DNA from: an uncultured cyanobacterium
GTDB taxonomy: Bacteria > Cyanobacteriota > Cyanobacteriia > PCC-9006 > JAAUQQ01
Direction: 5' to 3'
Assembly: GCA_963718615.1 (NCBI GenBank)
Contig: OY970368.1
Location: 5,120,001-5,184,000 of the forward strand
Length of the DNA: 64,000 nucleotides
Part shown: positions 1-9,268 of the stretch, in pieces
Position numbering within the stretch: the stretch's first letter is position 1
Layout of the letters: every line of letters starts with the position of its first letter
Made by a program: the position numbers and the translations under genes
The notes under the pieces: generated by a model
Database searches by the model: none
The model's input: only the letters and a program-made list of their open reading frames with translations
Told to the model about the DNA's origin: nothing

Positions 1-418
1 CCTCCCCGCATCCCACACTGGCAGATACGTAGCATTTAATACATTCATCGATTTTATTAAGAAAAATGTAGGATCAAAGCGATCGCTTTGATGGTTAAAG
101 CCCCATAGGCATTTTTTCTGAGATCAAAGCCAAAGCCAGACGATAAAGAGTACTCAGCAATACAAAGCGATCGCCAGGTCTCTCTATAAGACCGAGAGAA
201 CTGAATCCAGAGCGGAATTTTGATTTCCGAATAAACACGTAGACTGGCTTCTTGCTTTTGGGGGCGATCGCCCAAACTTCAGGCTTTCAAGGCTCCATCC
301 CAATCCCGCCCTCGGGGGTTTATCGAAGAATCGCTTGCGAAAACGAAACTTCATTGCGTTTAATGAAGAGGCATCGAAGGATCGCCTAATACCATTTCTA
401 TCTCATTGAGGTCAACAT

Positions 419-595
419 ATGCCTTACACCAAGGAAGAAGGGGGATTGCTCAACAACTTTGCAAGAGAACCCAAGGTTTATAAGGCAGAGCCTCCCACAA
501 CAACCCAAAAACGGAACTATATTATCCTTGGTGTTTTGGCCCTCGCCTTGGTCGCTGGTCTGTTTGCAGTCGCGGTCGCAGCCTCTGCCAGCTAA
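419..595 (+). CDS. psb34: Psb34 / Ssl1498-family PSII assembly factor (58 aa, below ORF-track cutoff)
   Basis: Manual translation MPYTKEEGGLLNNFAREPKVYKAEPP...RNYIILGVLALALVAGLFAVAVAAS; the GLLNNFA-EPKVY motif plus one C-terminal TM helix is typical of the family. Confidence 0.85.
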   Translation: MPYTKEEGGLLNNFAREPKVYKAEPPTTTQKRNYIILGVLALALVAGLFAVAVAASAS

Positions 596-624
596 CGAGC
601 TCCCTTTAATTCAGCAAGGGATGA

Positions 625-655
625 GCGCATGGCCAATCGGCGTGCGCTTTTTTAG
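625..655 (+). terminator. Probable intrinsic terminator after psb34
   Basis: GCGCATG-GCCAATCGG-CGTGCGC stem followed by a T run. Confidence 0.55.
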
Positions 656-705
656 CTAAAGCACTGCGTCAAGTCTGAGCCGGTAATTTGAACCGTGGGG
701 AATGC

Positions 706-2994
706 ATGATGAAGGCCTGGGAATTCTTGCTGCAACGGGAAGGGGACCGCACTTGGCTGCCGCTCGAAGCTCCAACGGTGGAAATTTTGGAGGGGCGATA
801 TCGCATCGCGGCCAAAACCCCTTGTCCTGATGCAGCGGTAGATATCTATATTGGCTACGTTTCAACCCAGGACATTCCCCCCAAACGACGGGTGCAGCAG
901 CGATCGCGTCAAACCAATGGCGAGGGTTTGATGGCTGTTTTACCCTTCACGCCCTTTCGCGAGGGGCACTGGGAGCTACGCTGTCGTCCCCATGTCGAAC
1001 CCGGTTCCCTAGAACAGCAATGGTCTGCCACGGTTCAGCTTCAGGTCTTGGCCGAGGAGGCTCCCCAGCCAGGGGATTTATTTGGTTGGGATTTACCCGA
1101 GGGGGGGGAATACCAAACCGCAGAATTTACGACGGCAGAATTTACGACCGCTGAATTTGCGACCGCTGAACCCGCCTTGGTCGGAGAGGACGAACAGACG
1201 GGCGATCGCGACCTTCAAGAACTCGCCGAGCAAATGTCCCAAATCGTGGGGAGTTCGGTTGAGGCTGCCTTCACGGATTTGCTTCCGCCCCCAGCTCAGC
1301 CCATGACTTTGGCCGTGGAGCTTGCCTCGGAAACCTTAACGATTGGGGGCGATCGCAGCACGATTCTCAGCGGTAGCCTCGAAACCCAGCACCAGGCAGC
1401 CGTAGCCTGTCCGCCCTTGGTTTTGGTCGTGGAATTGCGCGATCCTAATACGACAGAGATCTGGGACAGCCAGCGTCAGACCTTTGAGGCAGGGGTCTTG
1501 CCCTATGATTTTACCGTCACCTTAAGCGTCCCCCGTGAATGCGAGAGCCCGCTCTTGCTGGGCACAGCAACCCTTTGGCAGCCGGACAATGGGGAGATGA
1601 AGCCGCTGGCCGCGAGCTCTTTCACTGCGATCGCCTCAGTTGATGCCATTCTCAGCACCGTCCTTGCCCCCTCCCCAGAGACCACCGCCATTGATGGGGT
1701 TCAAGCGCTTCAGCAGACCGCTGCCAGCAACTTTGTCGGCAATAAGCTCGGCCAAGAGACCACCGCCGCGAAGGCAACGCCTCAACTCAATACGGAACTC
1801 CTCAATCTACTGAAGCAAAGCGAATCTCCGCAGCGGTTCTTCCGGCGAGTCCCATCCCAGCAACTGCCCCCGAAGCTAGAGCCTCGTCCGGCCTCATCCG
1901 CAGCGGTTCCATCCCCACGTCCCCTGATTGACCTTCCCAATTTCAGGCCCCCTCAAGCAATCCCACAAGCACAGGACACAGAACCAAACCCTGAAAACCT
2001 CGCAGCGCCCATTACCGAGGCCGACACCAACGAAGGCTTTGAAGCCATTCAGTTTGATGCGATTGAGCTGGATGCGATTCATAGTGGCGCGAATCAGAGC
2101 GAACCAGAGCCAGACGTTTTTGCCATTCCAGAAGAAGCAACCCTAGAAGAACTGGTGGAGCTCTTTGGCGGCACCCCCATGCAAACCCCGCTGGAAACAT
2201 CAGAGGACGCAGGGCTAGAAGATGGGAATCTGACCTTCCTAGACGATGCCTTGGGCCTTGCACCCGCTGTCGAAGCCACGGAATCCGCCGACTCTCTTGA
2301 ACCAATCAAATCCACAGAGATGCCAGGGGATGGTATTTCCCTGGATACCCCTGATAGGGATTTCCCAGACCGTCCAGACTCTTCAGACAGTCCAGACTCT
2401 TCAAACAGCCGAGACTCTTCAGACAGCGCAGACTTTCCAGACAACCCGGATTCATTTCTCAATCGACTGCATCATTTGGTCATTCCCCAACCCGAGGTCC
2501 AAGATCCACCCGCCTTGGCCACGGAAATTGTTGTGGATGATGAGCCTGGGCCATCTCCACGCCTAACCTGGATGCAAAACAGCTTGTCAACGGAGCTAGG
2601 GGCAATCGCCCCAGATATGACCATCCCCCCTCCTGAGCTCCTGGTCCCAGAAGAAGATCTAGTCATGGGCAAACCCCTGCGGATTCGGCTGCGCGTTGCC
2701 CAACAGCCCCCTCAGCTCTGTGCTCGGCTGTGGTTATTAGATTGTCAATCGCGAACCCTTTTGAGCGAGCCTCAATGGGTCATGGCGTTCTTGCCCTCGT
2801 CTGATGAGCTAATGGAAGCCACCGTCGATTTGCATGTGCCCCTGGGTTCGATTGAGTTGCAAATTGAGGCGATCGCCGTTGACCCCGCCAGTCAGCGGGA
2901 AAGTCGCAAGGTCTCGGTTCGCCGCAATATCGTGGTTCCCGAAGAACAGCAGCTTCCCGACGAAGAGCCCCGGTTTAATCCTTGGATGACCTAA
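706..2994 (+). CDS. Conserved cyanobacterial hypothetical protein with long acidic/Pro-rich linker
   Basis: 768-aa ORF; N-terminal WEFLLQREGDRTWLPLE block, folded-looking C-terminal region; internal tandem repeats (TTAEF, SSDSPD). Confidence 0.75.
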   Translation: MMKAWEFLLQREGDRTWLPLEAPTVEILEGRYRIAAKTPCPDAAVDIYIGYVSTQDIPPKRRVQQRSRQTNGEGLMAVLPFTPFREGHWELRCRPHVEPGSLEQQWSATVQLQVLAEEAPQPGDLFGWDLPEGGEYQTAEFTTAEFTTAEFATAEPALVGEDEQTGDRDLQELAEQMSQIVGSSVEAAFTDLLPPPAQPMTLAVELASETLTIGGDRSTILSGSLETQHQAAVACPPLVLVVELRDPNTTEIWDSQRQTFEAGVLPYDFTVTLSVPRECESPLLLGTATLWQPDNGEMKPLAASSFTAIASVDAILSTVLAPSPETTAIDGVQALQQTAASNFVGNKLGQETTAAKATPQLNTELLNLLKQSESPQRFFRRVPSQQLPPKLEPRPASSAAVPSPRPLIDLPNFRPPQAIPQAQDTEPNPENLAAPITEADTNEGFEAIQFDAIELDAIHSGANQSEPEPDVFAIPEEATLEELVELFGGTPMQTPLETSEDAGLEDGNLTFLDDALGLAPAVEATESADSLEPIKSTEMPGDGISLDTPDRDFPDRPDSSDSPDSSNSRDSSDSADFPDNPDSFLNRLHHLVIPQPEVQDPPALATEIVVDDEPGPSPRLTWMQNSLSTELGAIAPDMTIPPPELLVPEEDLVMGKPLRIRLRVAQQPPQLCARLWLLDCQSRTLLSEPQWVMAFLPSSDELMEATVDLHVPLGSIELQIEAIAVDPASQRESRKVSVRRNIVVPEEQQLPDEEPRFNPWMT

Positions 2995-3249
2995 ATTCAG
3001 TCTGTTATTCACGGCAAGGACTGCGCTGAGCCCTTTGAATAGGCAAAGTCGACCTGGCCCTTAGGCAGGAGGCCGCGACTTGGGGCTTTCTGGTTACGGG
3101 GGCTGGGATCCTTGAGCTGGCTTTTTGAGCTGGCTTTTTGAGGTGTCAGCCTGCCTGTGCCAATCCTGCCGTCTGTCTCAGTGCTATCACCGTCAGAGAA
3201 AAATGTTGGTAGTCTTGGAAGCGTTGGATAAGTCTAGGGTCTTTCGAGA

Positions 3250-4473
3250 ATGGCCAGTGTAATTTTTGTTCATGGAACTGGTGGTCGAAAAGAAGCCTAT
3301 GCCATGACGCTTCAGCAAATTCAAGCGGAACTTGGCAAGCATTGTCCGAACGTCGAGCTTGTTCCTTGTTTGTGGGGAGATGATTGGGGCGCAAAGCTCA
3401 ACGCTGGGGGAGTCTCGATTCCTGAGTATCAAAATAGTCAAGGCGGCAAACAATCCACGCCGGAAGAAACTGCAATTCAACTGTGGGCCTCTCTCTACGA
3501 GGATCCCCTCTACGAGATACGTCTGTTGGGTTTAAGACCGCTTCAGGATGAAACAGACGTCATCCTGCCAGGAAGCCAATCCCCCCGCCAGACACTAGAA
3601 GCCCGAGTCGAAGCCTTGCCGACTTCAGCAAACCTCCGAGCCGAGTTAGAACGCTTAGAAATTGCGGCAGTCCTAGACGATGCTTGCACTGTAGTCGTAG
3701 GACCCCAATCTAAGTCCTTTGAACGGCTGTTAGACACAGCTCCCAGCAACTTGGATGATGACTACGCGGCGATCGCCCGTGCCATCGTTGCCCAGTCCAG
3801 ATTGCTCTGTAAAGAGCGAGGCATCTATCCCTATTTGCTCATCAACCCCCGATTGAGGGATGAAGCTGTAGAAGCGATTCGGCTAGAACTTTCCCAAGGG
3901 GAGATTTCTATGGGGGGTCCATTACGCTGGATCAAAGACCAGGTCATGGATACGGTCATGAGTGTGGGGACCAATGCTGTAAGGCGGAGACGAGGGGCTA
4001 TTTCAGATGCTACCTATCCTTTTGCAGGTGATATTTTGGTGTACCAGGCCCAGGGCGATCGCATTCGTGCATTTATCCGCAGCCAAATTGAGAGCGAGAA
4101 GGTCAAACCTCCGGTCTATTTGCTGGCCCATAGCCTTGGCGGGATTGCTTGCGTAGACCTCTTGATCGAACAAGACCTATCACAGAAGGTCCAAGGGTTG
4201 ATCACGGTGGGGTCTCAGGCTCCCTTTTTCTATGAAATCGGGGCGCTCCAAACCTTACCCTTCGGCCAACCTCTACCGGAACATTTTCCCAAGCAGTGGC
4301 TCAATATCTACGACCCCCGAGATTTTCTCAGCTATGTGGGTGATCAAGTGGGTTTGTTTTCAGGAGCGGTAAAAGATGTCGCTGTAGATAATCAACAGCC
4401 CTTTCCCGAGGCTCATAGTGCCTACTGGGCAACGGAGGAGACCTGGAAGGCCATTGCGGAGGTTTTAGGATGA
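3250..4473 (+). CDS. Alpha/beta-hydrolase-fold protein, first gene of conflict operon
   Basis: VIFVHG, nucleophile elbow AHSLGG, WLNIYDPRDFL, HSAYW; ATGA overlap with next gene. Confidence 0.8.
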   Translation: MASVIFVHGTGGRKEAYAMTLQQIQAELGKHCPNVELVPCLWGDDWGAKLNAGGVSIPEYQNSQGGKQSTPEETAIQLWASLYEDPLYEIRLLGLRPLQDETDVILPGSQSPRQTLEARVEALPTSANLRAELERLEIAAVLDDACTVVVGPQSKSFERLLDTAPSNLDDDYAAIARAIVAQSRLLCKERGIYPYLLINPRLRDEAVEAIRLELSQGEISMGGPLRWIKDQVMDTVMSVGTNAVRRRRGAISDATYPFAGDILVYQAQGDRIRAFIRSQIESEKVKPPVYLLAHSLGGIACVDLLIEQDLSQKVQGLITVGSQAPFFYEIGALQTLPFGQPLPEHFPKQWLNIYDPRDFLSYVGDQVGLFSGAVKDVAVDNQQPFPEAHSAYWATEETWKAIAEVLG

Positions 4474-5600
4474 CAGTGGAGGCGGTTAGTCCGGAGAAAG
4501 TCTATGGGCTCGTGGTTGGCATTGAACGCTATGCTGCTGGCCCAGAGTGGGATCTGAATGGGCCTGCCCGTGATGCTCTCAAGTTTGCGTCCTGGCTGCT
4601 CAAACGGGGTGTCGAGCCAGACAATATCAGTCTTTTTCTTTCTCCCCTTGACCAGAAGATGGAGCTGCTGGACGAAGCTAAGGAAAAAGAACTGGTTCCC
4701 CACGAGGCTTTTCTCAACAGAATTCATGATGTAGTGTACGACTTGCAGAACAAAGCAGAGACCGGCAAATTGCTCTACGTGTTTTGGGCTGGTCATGGTT
4801 TTATCACAACGGTCGAGCAACAAACACGGCATTTGTTTTGCGCAGATACCGATCTCAAGACACGCCGAAACTTAGATTTTGACTCTCTTCTCCTGGCGTT
4901 GAAGACTTCAACTCGGAGTACGGTCTTTGCTAAGCAGGTGTTCTTTATTGACGCCTGTGCAAACTCAATCTTTCAAAATTTTTATACAACCATTTCTGCT
5001 AAACAGTCTGCGCTGAGACTTGCGACTAACGGAGAACAAAGGAAGTCTGAGCAATTTTGCTTCTTTGCTGCGGCTGAGTATGAGATAGCGATCAATGATG
5101 CTAAGGCAGGTACGGGGCAATTCTCACAAGCTGTGTTGGCTGAGTTGAAGGATCTGCCTTTGTTTTCAGACATGAAGACGCTGGCCGAAAGCATTAAGTC
5201 TCGGAGTCGTGCAGAGGGACAGAAAGAGCTTGTTTATCGATATTTTCAGATAGGGGCAGATCAAGAAGTAGAAGATAAAATTGAGCGCGAAGAAATAATG
5301 ACTGGGACGAACTCTACACCTCAGCCTGTTGCACCGATCACGTTGTCTCCTAGACAAATGCAATTGCTTCAAGAAGCTTTGTTAAGTGCCTTTCCTCAGC
5401 CAGCAGACCTAGAAATGCTGGTGAAATTCTACTTAGAGAAAGATCTAAGTCATATTTCTATGGCAGAAACCATGACCGCAAGAGTTTTTCAATTACTGAG
5501 ATGGGTAAATGCCCAAAGTCTTATAGCTGATTTGCTCAATGGGGCCTTAGAGATGAATCCTAATAATCCTAAACTCTTGGATTTTATGAAATTACTGTAG
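4470..5600 (+). CDS. Caspase-like (peptidase C14) protein with C-terminal EAD1 domain
   Basis: LVVGIERY, catalytic His (WAGHG) and Cys (FIDACA); C-terminal LQEALLSAFP..DLEMLV...VFQLLRW...NPNNPKL resembles EAD1. Confidence 0.8.
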   Translation: MTVEAVSPEKVYGLVVGIERYAAGPEWDLNGPARDALKFASWLLKRGVEPDNISLFLSPLDQKMELLDEAKEKELVPHEAFLNRIHDVVYDLQNKAETGKLLYVFWAGHGFITTVEQQTRHLFCADTDLKTRRNLDFDSLLLALKTSTRSTVFAKQVFFIDACANSIFQNFYTTISAKQSALRLATNGEQRKSEQFCFFAAAEYEIAINDAKAGTGQFSQAVLAELKDLPLFSDMKTLAESIKSRSRAEGQKELVYRYFQIGADQEVEDKIEREEIMTGTNSTPQPVAPITLSPRQMQLLQEALLSAFPQPADLEMLVKFYLEKDLSHISMAETMTARVFQLLRWVNAQSLIADLLNGALEMNPNNPKLLDFMKLL

Positions 5601-5612
5601 TCTTGAGTATAA

Positions 5613-7265
5613 ATGAGACCACTAGAACTTACGCCAGGACAAATTCAGTCTCTTTGTAATGCGATAGAGGCTTCCGTTCCTAATCGAGATGATTTGGAAA
5701 GAATCGTTTATTTTTGTTTGGAAAAAGATTTATTTAGTATTGTTGAACAGGGAAACTATCCGACTGTTATCTTTAAATTAGTTCGATGGTCGAAAGGTCA
5801 AGATAATCTATGTAAACTTGTTGAAAAAGTCTGCTATGAAAATCCAGGAAATCCAGAACTGCAAAGATTTTTGTCAGATTATTGGCTCTCTTTTTTGAAT
5901 TTTTCTAAGTCTCAGCTTTTAGATGAGCAGCAAAATACTCTTATTGAATGTCTAAGAAAAATTGAAGATTTTGAAGAAATTGTCATTCCAGCTTTCAAAA
6001 AAACGCTGCCTGGAGTGCCTGACCATCATAAAGAGCTTTTGACTCGATTAGTTGATTCTCGATGGAGCCCCATATTAAAATGGGGATGGATCTTAGATAT
6101 TTTTCTAGAAGAATACGCAGGTAAGCAGTCTGATGGCTGCTTATACATTGTCAATTTTGTAAGAAATCTCTCAGAACGTGCAACTGATGAAAACTTTAGC
6201 TTGCAGGAATGGCTTTCAGGCCTACCTCCTAATTTGCAGCCCAGTTCGCGAAAAAAGCTATCAGGTGATATGCAGTTTCAAGAATTGAAGGCAGAATTTT
6301 TGATTACTGTTGAATACCCTGATGCAACATCTGAGACAGAAAATGCTAGTTTTAGCGTTAAAGGATATCTAGTGACTTTCTTTGGCGATCGCCATCGGAA
6401 GCCTAAAATTCAAAAAATACCTCTATCAATAGAAGATACGGGAGCTGAGGGGAAGCAAGAGTCAGAACGTATAGATGATGTAACGAATCGTTCAGCTAAA
6501 ATTAAAGATATACAAGATATTAAAGAGAAACTGCCCGACTGGGTGAAAGAAGTCGAATCTCTTGCAAGAGAAGAGTGTTTAAATGCAAAAACTGATTATG
6601 ACTTAGAAAATGAGCCAATCTATGACCTGACAGTTGAATTTTGGTTACCTTTTGAACATCTTTTGGCAAAAGTTGAGTCTTGGGAAATCTATAAACTTGC
6701 ATCTCGCCGTAACCGTCATACAGCCCCTGCGAAAACTTGTCTGAGTAGAAGACATGGTGTTTTAGTACGTTCCTACGATCGCTTTGAAGACATTGCCGCC
6801 TTGAATGTTCTTCGACGATCTTGGGATCACTTGTCCAGCTTATCCCAGGACAACACGTCAGACTCTGTATCAACCTGTGGTAGGGTTCATCTCGAAACTT
6901 GGGAGCATTGGGCTTCCATTCGACAACAACTCTCTACTCATTTTTATTGGGGGGTAATGTTCTCCTGCCCCCTGTGTTTGGGAGAGGGGTTGCAGAAGTG
7001 GGAAAACTTGTTTGACACTATGTTAGAACGAGGTATTCCTATCGCGCTTTGGTCCAGAAATACAGGTCTTGTAAATCTGAAGATGGAATTGGACGCTCTC
7101 TGGACGTTGAGTGAGCCATATGAAGTCCTTGGGAAAGTTAGGGAAAAGCGCCAGCAGGCCGATGAAGCACAACATCTGGGTCATCATCTGGCAATCTGGT
7201 GTGATGAGCCTCAGCCATTTATAGAACTCAAAGAATTTTTAAGAGAGGGGAGACTGAGAGCATGA
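5613..7265 (+). CDS. EAD1 + vWA-MoxR-associated protein (VMAP)
   Basis: N-terminal EAD1 (..DLERIV..IFKLVRW..NPGNPEL); VMAP-C-like motifs VEFWLPFEHL..VESW, VLVRSYDR, GIPIALW, HLAIWCDEP; directly upstream of MoxR; AT-rich. Confidence 0.75.
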   Translation: MRPLELTPGQIQSLCNAIEASVPNRDDLERIVYFCLEKDLFSIVEQGNYPTVIFKLVRWSKGQDNLCKLVEKVCYENPGNPELQRFLSDYWLSFLNFSKSQLLDEQQNTLIECLRKIEDFEEIVIPAFKKTLPGVPDHHKELLTRLVDSRWSPILKWGWILDIFLEEYAGKQSDGCLYIVNFVRNLSERATDENFSLQEWLSGLPPNLQPSSRKKLSGDMQFQELKAEFLITVEYPDATSETENASFSVKGYLVTFFGDRHRKPKIQKIPLSIEDTGAEGKQESERIDDVTNRSAKIKDIQDIKEKLPDWVKEVESLAREECLNAKTDYDLENEPIYDLTVEFWLPFEHLLAKVESWEIYKLASRRNRHTAPAKTCLSRRHGVLVRSYDRFEDIAALNVLRRSWDHLSSLSQDNTSDSVSTCGRVHLETWEHWASIRQQLSTHFYWGVMFSCPLCLGEGLQKWENLFDTMLERGIPIALWSRNTGLVNLKMELDALWTLSEPYEVLGKVREKRQQADEAQHLGHHLAIWCDEPQPFIELKEFLREGRLRA

Positions 7266-7922
7266 GTCAGCAGCAGACCACATGGCAAGTGTTTCGAGGG
7301 GATCATACCCCCGATGGCGATCGCATCAAACAGCTTCCTCCAGCACCTCCCTGGCGTCAGTTTCGTGCCCAGCAAACGCCCACCACTGATCCAGAACTGA
7401 TAAAGAAACAGAAGTCCTATGATGACTTTCTTGCAAAGTATTGGAATTCCCTGCAGGAAAAAGCCGCTGAAGAAAGTAATGCCCGCGATCGCCTCCGAGG
7501 TGAGAGTTTTCGCATTCGTCAAGATCAAGACCGGGTCATTCAAGCGGTCAATGCAGCTTTATCCCTACGACGCCCTCTCCTCATTACAGGCAAACCGGGT
7601 TCTGGCAAAACGACATTAGCCTATGCCGTGGCCCATGAATTGCAGCTGGGTCCTGTGCTGATGTGGCCGATCACAGCTCGGACAACCCTAGAAGCCGGTC
7701 TTTATCGCTATGATGCCATCGCCCGCCTGCAAGATGCCCAGCTTCGAAAACAGCAGAAGGAACTGGGTCAGGCTGTGAGTGTTGAGCGTAATATCGGGGA
7801 CTACATGCAGCTCGGGCCTTTAGGGACCGCTTTCGGTAGTGCCTTTAGCTGGGGGATGAGTATGGTGTGGCCATTAGAGAAAGAAAAAGCAAACTGGGTA
7901 AGACCCTTCTGTGCCAATTGCG

Positions 7923-8234
7923 ATGACTCAAGAGCTGCTTCATTGTCCTAACTGTCTATCTGAAGATATCAGCCGTAACGGCTTCAACGATCGCGGTACT
8001 CAAAGCTATAAATGTCGAGATTGCCATCGCCGGTTTGTCCTGACTCCGAAATCCCTTCCCTTGAGCGATGAAGAGATAGCCTTGCTCGAACGTTTATTGC
8101 TTGAAAGGCTAGCCATCGCTGGAATTGCTCGGGTGATGCAGCGCTCCGAGAGCTGCATTCAGACCTACGTCAACGCCAAAGCTAAAACCGTTGCTCGGGA
8201 GGTGGAAGTGACGAAGAAAGTAAAAAAGCTCTGA
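7923..8234 (+). CDS. insA: IS1 InsA (Zn-ribbon + HTH)
   Basis: CPNC...YKCRDC motif; ends with A-AAA-AAG slippery heptamer at 8222-8228 (-1 frameshift to insB). Confidence 0.85.
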   Translation: MTQELLHCPNCLSEDISRNGFNDRGTQSYKCRDCHRRFVLTPKSLPLSDEEIALLERLLLERLAIAGIARVMQRSESCIQTYVNAKAKTVAREVEVTKKVKKL

Positions 8235-8242
8235 CGGTCCAG

Positions 8243-8683
8243 ATGGACGAACTCTGGTCGTTCGTGGACCATAAAGGAAATAAACAGTGGGTTTGGATTG
8301 CTCTAGATGCGGACACTCGCGAAATCATTGGCCTTTATATCGGGGACCGAAGTGCTAAATCTGCCGAAGCTTTATGGCGGTCTCTACCGGGAGTGTACCG
8401 CCAATGTGCAGTCATCTACACCGATTATTGGGAGAGCTATGCCTGTGTGCTTCCTAGCCAACGCCACCGAGCGGTTGGGAAAGAAAGCGGGCTGACGAGC
8501 TACATCGAGAGGTTCAACTGCACCCTGCGGCAAAGGGTGTCGCGCTTGGTCCGAAAGGCGCTCTCGTTTTCAAAGAAACAAGAGAACCACGAGGCTGCGA
8601 TCTGGAATTTCGTTCACCATTACAACCAGCAATTGCGCCTTAAGCAGGCTCATACCGCTTCATTCTCTCCAGCACCCACATAA
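8243..8683 (+). CDS. insB: IS1 InsB (DDE transposase part)
   Basis: MDELWSFV..KQWVWIALD, YTDYWESY, IERFNCTLRQRVSRLVRK..SFSK. Confidence 0.9.
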   Translation: MDELWSFVDHKGNKQWVWIALDADTREIIGLYIGDRSAKSAEALWRSLPGVYRQCAVIYTDYWESYACVLPSQRHRAVGKESGLTSYIERFNCTLRQRVSRLVRKALSFSKKQENHEAAIWNFVHHYNQQLRLKQAHTASFSPAPT

Positions 8684-9268
8684 TTGGACTACCCGCTTTC
8701 TTGCCTAGTCCCTATCCCCGTGTGTTGCTGATTGATGAGGTGGATAAGAGCGATATTAATTTACCGAATGATTTGCTGAACCTTTTGGAAGAAGGGCAAT
8801 TTGAGATACCCGAGTTAGTCAGGCTTGCAGAAGCTTCAGAAGATCTGGCAGAAGACTCTGCTTCGTTACAATCCACCACGGTTCGTACGGCTGATGATCT
8901 CAAGGTTCCAATTAAGGGCGGTAAGATTCGCTGTGATGCCTTTCCGCTGATTGTGATGACCAGCAACAATGAACGAGACTTCCCCCCTGCCTTTCTCCGT
9001 CGTTGTCTGCGAGTCGATATGCCCAAGCCGGAGAAGTCAGATCTCTATCAAATCGTCGAGGCTCACCTAACCAAGGATATTGCTGAACAGATGGATGATT
9101 TGATTGGGCGTTTCGACAAAAAAACGGCCAATGAGGCGGTGATGTTGGCAACGGATCAGTTACTCAATGCAGTATATCTCCGACAGCATGGTGCTGCGGT
9201 AGAGGAGGATAGCGATTTAGAGAAGCTCATTCTTGCAGCCTTAACGAGTACAGGGAGTTAGCCTGCCA

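Larger units (their letters stand above)
7835..8693 (+). mobile_element. IS1-family insertion sequence
   Basis: Ends GGTAGT.../...ACTACC (imperfect IR); 7-bp direct repeat CGCTTTC at 7828-7834 and 8694-8700; insA and insB inside. Confidence 0.92.
7262..9261 (+). pseudogene. MoxR-family AAA+ ATPase interrupted by IS1 (5' part 7262-7834, 3' part 8701-9261)
   Basis: Walker A GKPGSGKT in 5' part; Walker B LLIDEVDK and TSNNERDFPPAFLRRC in 3' part; removing the IS and one target-duplication copy joins ...LGPLGTAF|LPSPYPRVLLIDE in frame (377 aa). Confidence 0.92.

Noticed and set aside
1-48. Start of a minus-strand gene running off the window
   Set aside because: Only 16 codons are visible, too few to identify.
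7835-7951. C-terminus of the 229-aa ORF 7262-7951 as a real protein end
   Set aside because: It is read-through into the IS1 left end.
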